Below, piece by piece: positions 53,068-64,000 of a stretch of 64,000 bases of DNA; positions within the stretch are counted from its first letter, which is position 1; every line of letters starts with the position of its first letter. The stretch comes from Octopus vulgaris (taxonomy: Eukaryota): assembly GCA_951406725.2 (NCBI GenBank), contig OX597823.1:5084001-5148000 (forward strand), given 5' to 3'. The position numbers and the translations under genes were made by a program. The notes under the pieces are model-generated. The model saw only the letters and a list, made by a program, of their open reading frames with translations, did not search any database and had not been told where the DNA came from.

Positions 53068-55314
53068 CTCATTGGTAATGCATACATCTCACCCTGCTGA
53101 GAAATGTCAATATAATAAATCTTAAAAAAGAAAATTCCTCAAATTAGATGGTACCTGTTGTCTGCTAAGTGTAGTACCAAGCCTCTTTTAGCTTGAGCTC
53201 TAATCATCATCATCATCATCATCATTTACTGTCCACTTTACCATGTTTGCGTGGGCCAGATAAAATTTGTTGAGGTGGATGCCCTTCTTGTTGTGAACCC
53301 TCACTTGATTCCAAGCAAAGTAACATTTCTGCATGGTCAGAGATGTTTTTGATGGAAGACTGGAAACGAGCAGCCTCACTTGATGCTCATTTACAAGCAT
53401 CATATGATGTCAAGACAAGGGCACACACAAACGTACACACAACAGGCTATGTTTGACCTAGGGCTATAGTAGAAGATGCTTCACTAAGGTGCTATGCAAT
53501 AGGACTGAATCACTCAGCCTTATCTGTGCCTGTTCAGTGTGCTGTGCAGTGGGATTGAACCCAAATATTGTATACTCATTAAAAATTTAAAAAATGAGGG
53601 TAAAAAATTATGGACTTATATGTTGTCTCAATCCTTTTGATATTGATTTATTTGGGACCACCACTGGTTCTGACACAAACTGCTTTAAAGTGATTTAAAT
53701 TAAAACTTTCTATTAAAATTTCATATTAATTTACATTCCAAACACCATCTTAATAATGATAGCTGTTTTATAAATTCTTCATTATTTTCAAAATTTATTG
53801 AAACAAAGGCGATGTATTTTAACAGAAAAAGGGTTAAGAGAAACTTTTATTCGACTCATTTGTAAACTAATAAAAACTATCTCACTAACATTTCTATCTC
53901 ATCAGACAAAAAAAAAACACCTTCCTCTCTGCCATTATCATAGTTTTATATTCAACCCATCCATTACAAACTCTGTGTTGGCTTTTCATTTCAATGAGGT
54001 CTACTTAAAATCTGATCAACTAAACTAACTTGCAATTGGCTTCAAAAGTATATATAACAATCCCTGTTTACTATATTGACTTTTCTCAGCTAAAACTAAT
54101 GTGTTATCTCATAAATTCTAGCTGTAATTACCAAGACTGTCAGAGGAAACCAGTGCCTAAATGTTAACAGATGACTTAGTTATGAGTTGTAAAGTATCTG
54201 CTTACTAATAAATGACTCCTGAGGTTTTGCATCACTGACAAGAACTATCTTTGCCCAAGAAATGTTAATTCTTTTTTACTCGTCTTATCTGAGTTTATAT
54301 TATTTTATTTTGGCAACTGCTGCCTCTCTCACTCGGTTGCTATTGTAATCAATCTTCATCATTGAATGTCCATCTCCCAAGCTGTTATGAGTTGGATGGT
54401 TTGACAGGTTCTGGGGGATCCAAAGACTGTATTGGGCTCCAGTGTTAACTTTTGTATGATTTCTACATCTGGATGCCCTTCTTAACACCAAGTACTTTGT
54501 GTGTACTGGGTGCTTTTTCCATGCACTTGGAATGATTGCCTCATAATTTGCAAGGCTTAGAGCTTGAAGTGGCTGCTGAAACTGAGGAAGAACAGAAGAG
54601 AGAGAGTGAGCAATGATCCTAGGCAGAGAGCGATAAGGAATGGTAAGTAAAAGAAGAGGGGCAGTGTGACAGGTACCATACTCCAATGTCTACTCTGGCA
54701 TAATTTCTATTGTTGGATGTCCTTCCTAATGCCAATCACCTTACAGTGTGTCTTGGATGCTTTGTTTTTTTGTGATGGCACCAGCACCAGTGCAGCTTAC
54801 AAGACTAAGATCATCTTTGATTGAGTGGGGTTCCAGGGGAGAGGAAAGCAACCTTATGCTATAAGATGAGGGATTAAAGTGTGAAAGAAGGAGTTCAGAA
54901 CAGACCAGGTGGAGGAGCTACACAGCTGCTCATATTTTAAAAGAGAGCATGGGAGTGACCAGGGTAGAACCGAAATACACATTTTGTTTTAAATTACTTT
55001 GTCAATTATTCTAATTGCCATTGTTTACTGTAGTAATGTAATTTGATTGTTTAGTCCTCACATGAGCTTTCTGTTCTATTTATAAAATCCTTCCAGTTCT
55101 TATTATTTCAAGCTCTTGCTGTTTCTTTATATAATAACCAGATGTTTTAGTCATAACATATACTGGTAAGTTACTGTTTACTAATAAATTTCAAAGCTAT
55201 TAAAGCTTTTTACAAGTTTTAGGATTAACTTAACAGCTTTTATTTAATTCCAATAAAAAAGAATGTAAAATAAACCTTTAAATCATATTTTTCAACTTAT
55301 CCATGATTATTATT

Positions 55315-55995
55315 AAGGCAGAAGGTGGCGAGATGGCAGAATTTATTAGCTTGTTGGGGCATAATGCTTAGCAGCATTTCACCCATTTTTATGTTCTGAG
55401 TTCAAATTCTGTTGAAGCTGACTTTGCCTTTTCAGCCTTTCGGGGTGAATAAAAATAAGTACCAATTGAACACTGGGGTTCATGTAATCAACTTACCTCT
55501 TCTCTTGAAATTGCCGGCCTTGTGCCAAAATTTGAAACCATTATTATTGCTGTTGAGGCATTGAGCTAGCAGAACCATTGCTGCACCAGACAGAATGCTT
55601 GGCATTTCTTCCGGCTCGATACACTCTGAATTAAAAAAAATCCCACAGAGATTAACTTAGCCTACCTTCCTTTTAGTGTTGGTAAAATAAATACCTGTTG
55701 AATGCTGGGGGTTGATGTAATTGATTAATCCCCTCTCCCTTGTGCCTGTTGTAGAAAGGATTATTATTAAAGAGGGGGGGGGGGTTAGCAGAATCATTAC
55801 TGTACTGGACAAAATGCTTAGCAGCAATTCTTCTGGCTTAAAGTTCTGAGTTCAAATTGTGCCAAAATTGACTTTGGTACTTATTTTGTATCAACCCCAA
55901 AATGAAGGAAGGCAGCCATATACTGGGGATGGTGTAACTGACTTGCCCCTCCCCTCAAAGGTGTTGCCCTTGTGCCAAAATTTGAAACCATGGTT
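55315..55995 (+). mobile_element. Three head-to-tail SINE family 3 copies
   Basis: Heads at about 55323, 55556 and 55780, each ending in ccttgtgcc...(att)n. Confidence 0.75.
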
Positions 55996-56027
55996 ATATC
56001 ATTATTGTGTATGGGTGTGTGTATGTA

Positions 56028-56097
<70 letters not shown>

Positions 56098-56389
56098 AGT
56101 CTATACATATTGATTGATCATACAACATTTTCCTATTGTTTGATGATAACCTGGTACAATACATGTGACAAAAATAGGTAAACAATAGGTGACTACACTA
56201 TTAATTCTTTTCAAGAATTCCATAAACACATGTATGGAAGGCAGCTTTGTCAAGACAAAAACATAGGCCAGAAATCACTGTAGAACACATGATGTGTTTG
56301 TCACCATTGTTATGTTCTAGATAGGCATATATATCACATTTATCATCATGATTTGTCCCATGCTGGCATGGGTTGGACTATATATACAC

Positions 56390-56420
<31 letters not shown>

Positions 56421-56421
<1 letters not shown>

Positions 56422-56662
56422 CATCATCATCATCATCATCATCGTTTAACGTCCGTTTTCCGCGCTAGCACGGGTTGGACGGTTTCGACCGGGGTCTGGA
56501 GAGCTCGGGACTGCCCCAGGCTCCAGTCTAGTCTGGCAGTGTTTCTACAGCTGGATGCCCTTCCTAACGCCAACCACTCCGCGAGTGTAGTGGGTGTTTT
56601 TTACGTGCCACCTGCACATGTGCCAGAGGGGTCTGGCATCGGCCACGTTCGGATGGTGCTTT
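56421..56662 (-). mobile_element. Young RTE 3' UTR fragment
   Basis: (CAT)n then cgtttaacgtccgttttccgcgctagcacggg; interrupted at ggtgc-polyT. Confidence 0.9.
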
Positions 56663-56677
56663 TTTTTTTTTTTTTTA

Positions 56678-57465
56678 TGGGGGGGTGCAGAAATATAGGG
56701 GAGCACCAGCGGGAGGGGTGGTTCAGTAGAACGTAGGATATCGAGAGAGGGGTAATGCATGGTGAAATGGTGAAATAGCGTATTGAAGAGGGGGTTCAAA
56801 GAGTAGACACCTATAATGGTGGTGGTGGGGGTGCAGAAATATAGGGGAGCACCAGCGGGAGGGGTGGTTCAGAGGACAGGTTCTAGGCAAGTAGAACGTA
56901 GGATATCGAGAGAGGGGTAATGCATGGTGAAATGGTGAAATAGCGTATTGAAGAGGGGGTTCAAAGAGTAGACACCTATAATGGTGGTGGTGGGGGTGCA
57001 GAAATATAGGGGAGCACCAGCGGGAGGGGTGGTTCAGAGGACAGGTTCTAGGCAAGTAGAACGTAGGATATCGAGAGAGGGGTAATGCATGGTGAAATGG
57101 TGAAATAGCGTATTGAAGAGGGGGTTCAAAGAGTAGACACCTATAATGGTGGTGGTGGGGGTGCAGAAATATAGGGGAGCACCAGCGGGAGGGGTGGTTC
57201 AGAGGACAGGTTCTAGGCAAGTAGAACGTAGGATATCGAGAGAGGGGTAATGCATGGTGAAATAGCGTATTGAAGAGGGGGTTCAAAGAGTAGACACCTA
57301 TAATGGTGGTGGGGGGTGCAGAAATATGGGGGAGCACCAGTGGGAGGGGTGGTTCAGAGGACAGGTTCTAGGCAAGTAGAACGTAGGATATCGAGAGAGG
57401 GGTAATGCATGGTGAAATAGCGTATTGAAGAGAGGGGTTCAAAGAGTAGACACCTATAATGGTGG
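56678..57465. repeat. Tandem array, about 165-bp unit, 5 copies
   Basis: gtgcagaaatat at 56685, 56831, 56996, 57161 and 57316. Confidence 0.95.
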
Positions 57466-57541
57466 GAGAAACGACATCCGGTATAGTTGGAGCAAAATAG
57501 AGATATCCGGTATTGGTGGTGGGGGTGGGTAGGCGGTCGCG

Positions 57542-58993
57542 CCGCGAAGAACCGGCAGCCAATTTCTAATCAGCCCTGTAAGGGAGATAGAACCTAAATA
57601 TCTATAACGATAACTAGTGAATTATACAGAATATGCAAAAACGAGGCGAGGCTGAAATAGTAAACAGAGTGGCGACTAGGGGGATCAGAATAATAATAAT
57701 AAATAGAGATACGGATGAATTAAAGTTCAAAGATTTCTTATCTTGGGATCACTTCGTTTACGGACAGACTTGGCAAAAGGAGTTCGGAATCAAGAGTGAG
57801 GCAGGTTACTAGCTTAAGTATGCATGGCCATGTCGAGGAGTAGGAAGAGGAGTCCAGACAGACAATGTAAAAAGAGGGGGAGAGAAACCCCGCGAAGAAC
57901 CGGCAGCCAATTTCTAATCAGCCCTGTAAGGGAGATAGAACCTAAATATCTATAACGATAACTAGTGAATTATACAGAATATGCAAAAACGAGGCGAGGC
58001 TGAAATAGTAAACAGAGTGGCGACTAGGGGGATCAGAATAATAATAATAAATAGAGATACGGATGAATTAAAGTTCAAAGATTTCTTATCTTGGGATCAC
58101 TTCGTTTACGGACAGACTTGGCAAAAGGAGTTCGGAATCAAGAGTGAGGCAGGTTACTAGCTTAAGTATGCATGGCCATGTCGAGGAGTAGGAAGAGGAG
58201 TCCAGACAGACAATTTCTAATCAGCCCTGTAAGGGAGATAGAACCTAAATATCTATAATGATAACTAGTGAATTATACAGAATATGCAAAAACGAGGCGA
58301 GGCTGAAATAGTAAACAGAGTGGCGACTAGGGGGATCAGAATAATAATAATAAATAGAGATACGGATGAATTAAAGTTCAAAGATTTCTTATCTTGGGAT
58401 CACTTCGTTTACGGACAGACTTGGCAAAAGGAGTTCGGAATCAAGAGTGAGGCAGGTTATTAGCTTAAGTATGCATGGCCATGTCGAGGAGTAGGAAGAG
58501 GAGTCCAGACAGACAATTTCTAATCAGCCCTGTAAGGGAGATAGAACCTAAATATCTATAACGATAACTAGTGAATTATACAGAATATGCAAAAACGAGG
58601 CGAGGCTGAAATAGTAAACAGAGTGGCGACTAGGGGGATCAGAATAATAATAATAAATAGAGATACGGATGAATTAAAGTTCAAAGATTTCTTATCTTGG
58701 GATCACTTCGTTTACGGACAGACTTGGCAAAAGGAGTTCGGAATCAAGAGTGAGGCAGGTTACTAGCTTAAGTATGCATGGCCATGTCGAGGAGTAGGAA
58801 GAGGAGTCCAGACAGACAATGTAAAAAGAGGGGGAGAGAAACCCCGCGAAGAACCGGCAGCCAATTTCTAATCAGCCCTGTAAGGGAGATAGAACCTAAA
58901 TATCTATAACGATAACTAGTGAATTATACAGAATATGCAAAAACGAGGCGAGGCTGAAATAGTAAACAGAGTGGCGACTAGGGGGATCAGAAT
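57542..58993. repeat. Tandem array, 348/303-bp units, about 4.5 copies
   Basis: aatttctaatcagcc at 57561, 57909, 58212, 58515 and 58863; copies almost identical. Confidence 0.96.
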
Positions 58994-59029
58994 GTATATA
59001 TATTTATATATATATATATATACATACAT

Positions 59030-59357
59030 GTATGGCTCCTGTGTCTGGGATGTAAAAAGCACCATTCGAGTGTGGATGTTGCCAGTGCCGCCTGACTGGC
59101 TTCTGTGCTGGTGGCACTTAAAAAGCACCATTTGAGCATTGTTGATGCCAGTGTTGCCTGACTCGCCCTCATGCTGGTGGCATGTAAAAAGCACCCACTA
59201 CACTCTGGGAGTGGTTGGCATTAGGAAGGGCATCCAGCTGTAGAAACTCTGCCAGATCAGATTGGAGCCTGGTACAACCTTCTGACTTGCCAGCCCTCAG
59301 TCCAACTGTCTGACCCATGCCAGCATAGAAAGTGGACGTTAAACGATGATGATGATG
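59030..59357 (+). mobile_element. RTE 3' UTR fragment
   Basis: Three aaaaagcacc units, ggaagggcatccagctgtagaaac, (GAT)n tail. Confidence 0.88.
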
Positions 59358-59384
59358 GTTATGATATATATATATATATATATG

Positions 59385-59780
59385 CACAGATGTAGCTGTG
59401 TGGTAAGAAGCTTGCTTCCCAACTACACAGTTCCAGGTTCAGTCCCACTGCATGGCACCTTGTGCAAGTGTCTTCTACTATAGCCTTGAGCTGACCTAAG
59501 GCTTATGAGTAGATTTGGGAGACAGAAACTGAAAAAAGCCTGTTGTGCGTCTGTGTATATATAGAGATATGTGTATGTGTGTGTGTGTGTGCGTGTTCCT
59601 AATCACTGCTTGACAAACTGTGTCCCCATAACTTGCAATCCTACAAAGGAGACCAATGAAATAAGTACCTGTCTTAAAAAGAAGTACTGGGGTCAATTCT
59701 TTCAACTAAAATTCTTCAAGGTTGTGCCCCAGCATGGCCGCAGTCCAATGACTGAAGCAAGTGAAAGATAAAAGATAAAA
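59385..59780 (+). mobile_element. SINE family 1, full length
   Basis: A and B boxes, body, internal (TG)n, (GATAAAA)n tail. Confidence 0.85.
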
Positions 59781-60042
59781 CATGCACACACTTCTATATA
59801 TGTCCTGTGTGCATTTATGTCACTCTCAATATGTTCTCTCCCTTTCTCCCCCCCCACTCTCTCTATGTGTGTGTGTGTGTGTGTGTGTATGCTATCCTGT
59901 TGTACATTGAAATGCTTATAAAATTTAATGAAGTAAAATACAAAATCCAGGCAAGTGATTTATTGGTATTTGAAATGAAACAATACTTTATTCATGAATA
60001 TGATGATTGTCGGTGAACTAATTGGCCATGAACTGTCTTCTT

Positions 60043-60070
60043 TCCCAAGCAACGCCGGGCATCCTTGTAG
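60043..60070 (+). mobile_element. Possible Helitron 3' terminus
   Basis: tcccaagcaacgccgggcatccttgtag: imperfect GC-rich hairpin followed about 10 nt later by a CTAG-like end. Confidence 0.3.
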
Positions 60071-60143
60071 AAAATCACTTACACTGAAGATGTAAGATTC
60101 ATTTTTGTGTGTTGCCTTTAAATATTTCAGTTAAAAATATCTG

Positions 60144-60387
<244 letters not shown>

Positions 60388-61843
60388 GTGGTTTGAAATT
60401 TTGTTCCTATTTAATTAATTAGTAAAAGTATGTTTTGCTCTCAAGCATTTAATTGTGCTAATAGCTACAAGTTTTTTGGCAAATTATTCCCAACTGTTAA
60501 TGACAGTTTGTCAAAGATTTTCTCTTCTATATTATGGTTATTTAAATGAGTGAAAATGAAGAAATTCCTGTTTTTAATTAACTGGTTGCTCGCATTAAGT
60601 GGCCTTTTGTTTCTGTTAATTTTGAAAATTGCCGTTATTAAGCTGGTGTTAAGAACATAAATTAAGACAGAATTTTGATGGAAGGTTTAATTTAGATCAC
60701 CTTAAAACAAGAATTTATATAATGGAACTAGGGTGTCAGGTGGATTAGTATAAAAAATCACACCCTGCCGTCATTGAATGATGTTGTCTGGGATTTACTG
60801 TAATAAAAAATGACTGGATGGCCATGGTTGGGATGTCTTTGAACTTAAGTCGGCTTAACTGTTTTGCTACCATACTTCTATTGAAATACACTGCCTCTTT
60901 TTCAATTAATTTTGAAGATAATAATGAAATAATTTGAATAATTTTGTCAATATTAAGTTGGTGTTTGGTGGAAGATTTTAATTTTTGTTTTTATAATTTC
61001 TCTTGAGTGCTTAGGACCCATGGGGTCAGTTACCTGTTTTCCATGACATATAAGTGACTAAAATGACAATATTCCCCTTGAATGGGATGCTGGTCTCTTG
61101 CAAGGTTTTAATATAGATCATTTTAAAATGGGGAATTCGTCTCCTAGAACCAGAGGTGGTGTCTGTTGGGTTGATATGAAAAAGGTTAAGACAAGTCAAC
61201 ATTTGCAATGAGATATTTATGTGCTGCTGGGCCAAACACATAACGACAACTTACCTAACGAACAGCTTCATGCATAGTTGTTAAGGAATCTTAATTGAAG
61301 AAGTTATTTCTAAAATACATGTTTCTTTCTTAAAAAACATATCACATAGCAATAAATTTTGTCCATTTTATAAACATTTCTAAAATGGTTTCTATGTTTT
61401 CTAAGCAGCATTTATTTAATGATTTGTGAATTTGTGTCTTCTATAAATGTGTAACATTTTTTAATGTTTTTTTCAAATCAATATTTATGAAGATTGGCAT
61501 TCAGTTGTTAACACAGATGCTGTTTCTTTTATTTTTGGCTGGCATTGCACTAAAATATACCATTTCTCATTTTATTCTGCATGACAGCAATAATGATGAG
61601 GAGGATGATAATCATAGTTTCATGAGAAAATATAGAAAATTCCCCCTAAAATAAATGCTCAGAGGTAAACCACAGACATTTTCCAACAATCAATCAGTTT
61701 ATTTTTTTTTGTTTACTTATTTAGTTCTTTATGAATCATTTCAAGAGATTCATAGGATTGAGGGGACGATGAAAGGGGGTGGGTAAGCACTGTATAAACC
61801 AGTGATTAAGAGTGGCTGGCATTGATTCTGTAAGGTATCCCCC

Positions 61844-61883
<40 letters not shown>

Positions 61884-62710
61884 TTCATTGATATCTGTTT
61901 GGTCAGTGAAAAGAAGAAGCCCTATATTGATCCAGTCTGGTGACTTTAGCTTCCCATTGTAACAGACACTACTGCTGCAAATGAAACCCTACACATCAAA
62001 GTGTCCCTTTCAACACATTACTTTTCTTTAGCTCAATATATCTACCAAAATATCCCCTTTTTTTCATTTTTTTTTTTAGAATACAAATTTCATGGGGCAA
62101 AAATACGAAAACTAATATCAAAACCCATTCCTGCTTCCTATAAAATATTTTCTCAGGCTCTCCTTACAAACTATGCAAATCTTCTATTGAGGATCTTTTC
62201 CTCTGTAAATTCTGACTCATTGTTTGTGTGTGTCCCTTCTACTCATCTACCAGGGACTTAGGTTTACTTTATATTATCTCTACTGGCCCTTTTCCTTCTA
62301 TACTGTGAAGGAACAATATCTAATGGGAATAAAACAAAAAAAAAAAAAGGTAATAAAATATATTGATCGAGGTGAATAATAATATCCATGTATTTGCTAT
62401 TAGACTGTTTTGACATGGAGAATTCTCATAGATTTCCTTTTTTTTTAAATTTTTGTTGGGATTCTTTTGGTGGGTGTACATGTAGGTGTATGTGTGTGTC
62501 TATGTATGTAAATGTGTGTATGTGTCTGTTAGTGTATATACATGTTTATAGATATGTGTGTGTGAACAACTCAATTTCCTTTTCTATTTTCCCACATTAG
62601 CAAATAACACTTCCATTTGCAAGAATGATTTAGTTTTTCCTAAGTATGAAATGAAACCTGTACATTTATAGGTTTATACGCATGCATTCTTGTATGTATA
62701 TATGTATGTA

Positions 62711-62741
<31 letters not shown>

Positions 62742-64000
62742 ATAAACCTCCTCCTTCCCCCTCCTGTGTGTGTGAGAGAGAGAGACCTGTATAATGCTTT
62801 CAATTTGTTATTGAAATATTAGCAATTTCTGATCTTCACTCATGCATACATATATCTACCTCTCATGTATGTGTCTCTGTCAATATATATGTATGTACTT
62901 ATGAGTGTGTGTGCGTATGTATATATGTATAAGTACGCATGCTCACATAATTACACACACACACACACACATTAAAGGATGAATGCTAGCAAGCTGAAAC
63001 TTCGACGCCACTGTCAACCTTTTCCTTGTAAAAGTTAAAAATGTACTCTGCTAAAAGTATTGAGTAATCCTTCAGCTTAATGTTAAATTGTTTATATATA
63101 TATATAACCTGATATAAAAACAAAGGTATATGTATATATATATATATATATAGATATATATACACACACAAACACATGTGTATATATAAGAGAGAAAGAG
63201 AGCTAGATATAAATTCTCATATATCTGCTTCTTGCCTGGCATTCTTATTGACAAATGCATTCACTGTCTCATACTCACACACACACACACACATGCAGAC
63301 ATACACATGTGCATTTATCTTCTTGGTTAGGTCTTCAGTTGCATTTTAAAAGCTTCTTGTGTTTTTTTTCTCTACTTTTTCTCTAATTAAGAATTTTTCT
63401 TTGCAAAACCATTTCTACTGGATAAACTATATAATTGTAACTTAATAGATTGAGAAACATTGGACAGCAGATATATTCCACTGGTAGCAGTAGATTTATT
63501 CATTTAACCCTTGTCATATCCACCCAACTTGTTATCTAAATTAAAACCTTTTGTCAAAATTCTAGGTTAATTTAATGTTCCAAAACACCAGATTAATAAT
63601 GATAAAGTTATTTTATTTATTCCTTATTTTCAAAATTAATAAAAACAAAAGTAGGATATTGCAATAGGAATAAGGTGAAAAGAGATTAAACAGACTTTAT
63701 ATTCAAAGGCTTCCCAGCCATGACTATCCAGTCATTTTTTAATCACAGTCCCAGACTACATCATCCAATAATGATGGTAGGGTATGATTTAACCCTTTTG
63801 GTACTAACCTACATGAAACTGATCCCTGGTTCTATATTATAAATCTCCTGTTTTAATCAGAAATATGGTAACAATTTCAACAGAAATACAGTAATACAGG
63901 GCTAACCTAATTCACCCTTTGACATTTAAACTGGCCATATCTGGCCCGAATATTCCACTGGTTTTATGTTCAGGTTGGACAGATGAAGCCACTTACACCT

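Noticed and set aside
56723-57337. 204-aa repetitive ORF on the minus strand
   Set aside because: It results from a 165-bp unit (a multiple of 3) lacking stops in one frame; no domain or other coding signal
57542-58993. Possible retrozyme (tandem 300-350 bp units carrying a ribozyme)
   Set aside because: I found no hammerhead or twister core on either strand by eye; an Infernal search is needed to exclude other ribozyme classes

Overview
AT-rich eukaryotic (animal) genomic DNA made almost entirely of microsatellites and transposable elements. The repeat landscape (TA/TG arrays, tRNA-derived SINEs with internal microsatellites, RTE and CR1-type LINEs, TTAA MITEs) suggests a coleoid cephalopod, probably Octopus; this is an inference. 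No host protein-coding exon can be supported, and nearly all ORFs in the track are microsatellite artefacts. The one real long ORF is an intact RTE-clade LINE protein (16839-20006, minus strand, 1055 aa): APE endonuclease plus RT, with a PHD-type C4HC3 zinc finger inserted inside the RT. The most notable hidden signal is a set of about 12 minimal type I hammerhead-ribozyme motifs of several architectures (10.1, 13.1-14.1, 20.3-20.5, 33.4-33.9, 51.9 and 52.6 kb). Several sit in fold-back inverted repeats typical of Penelope-like element remnants. They have palindromic stem III (dimer type) and include core variants: a compensatory G3-C8 swap, A6U, an extra nucleotide after A9, and very long stem II inserts. 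Other observations: SINEs sharing one head but carrying tails from two LINE clades, a 3' stem-loop conserved across CR1 families and SINEs, a young polyA-tailed insertion made of two near-identical tandem arrays (56.7-59.0 kb), composite and nested piggyBac-type MITEs, and small templated insertions. Repeat boundaries were read by eye and are approximate.
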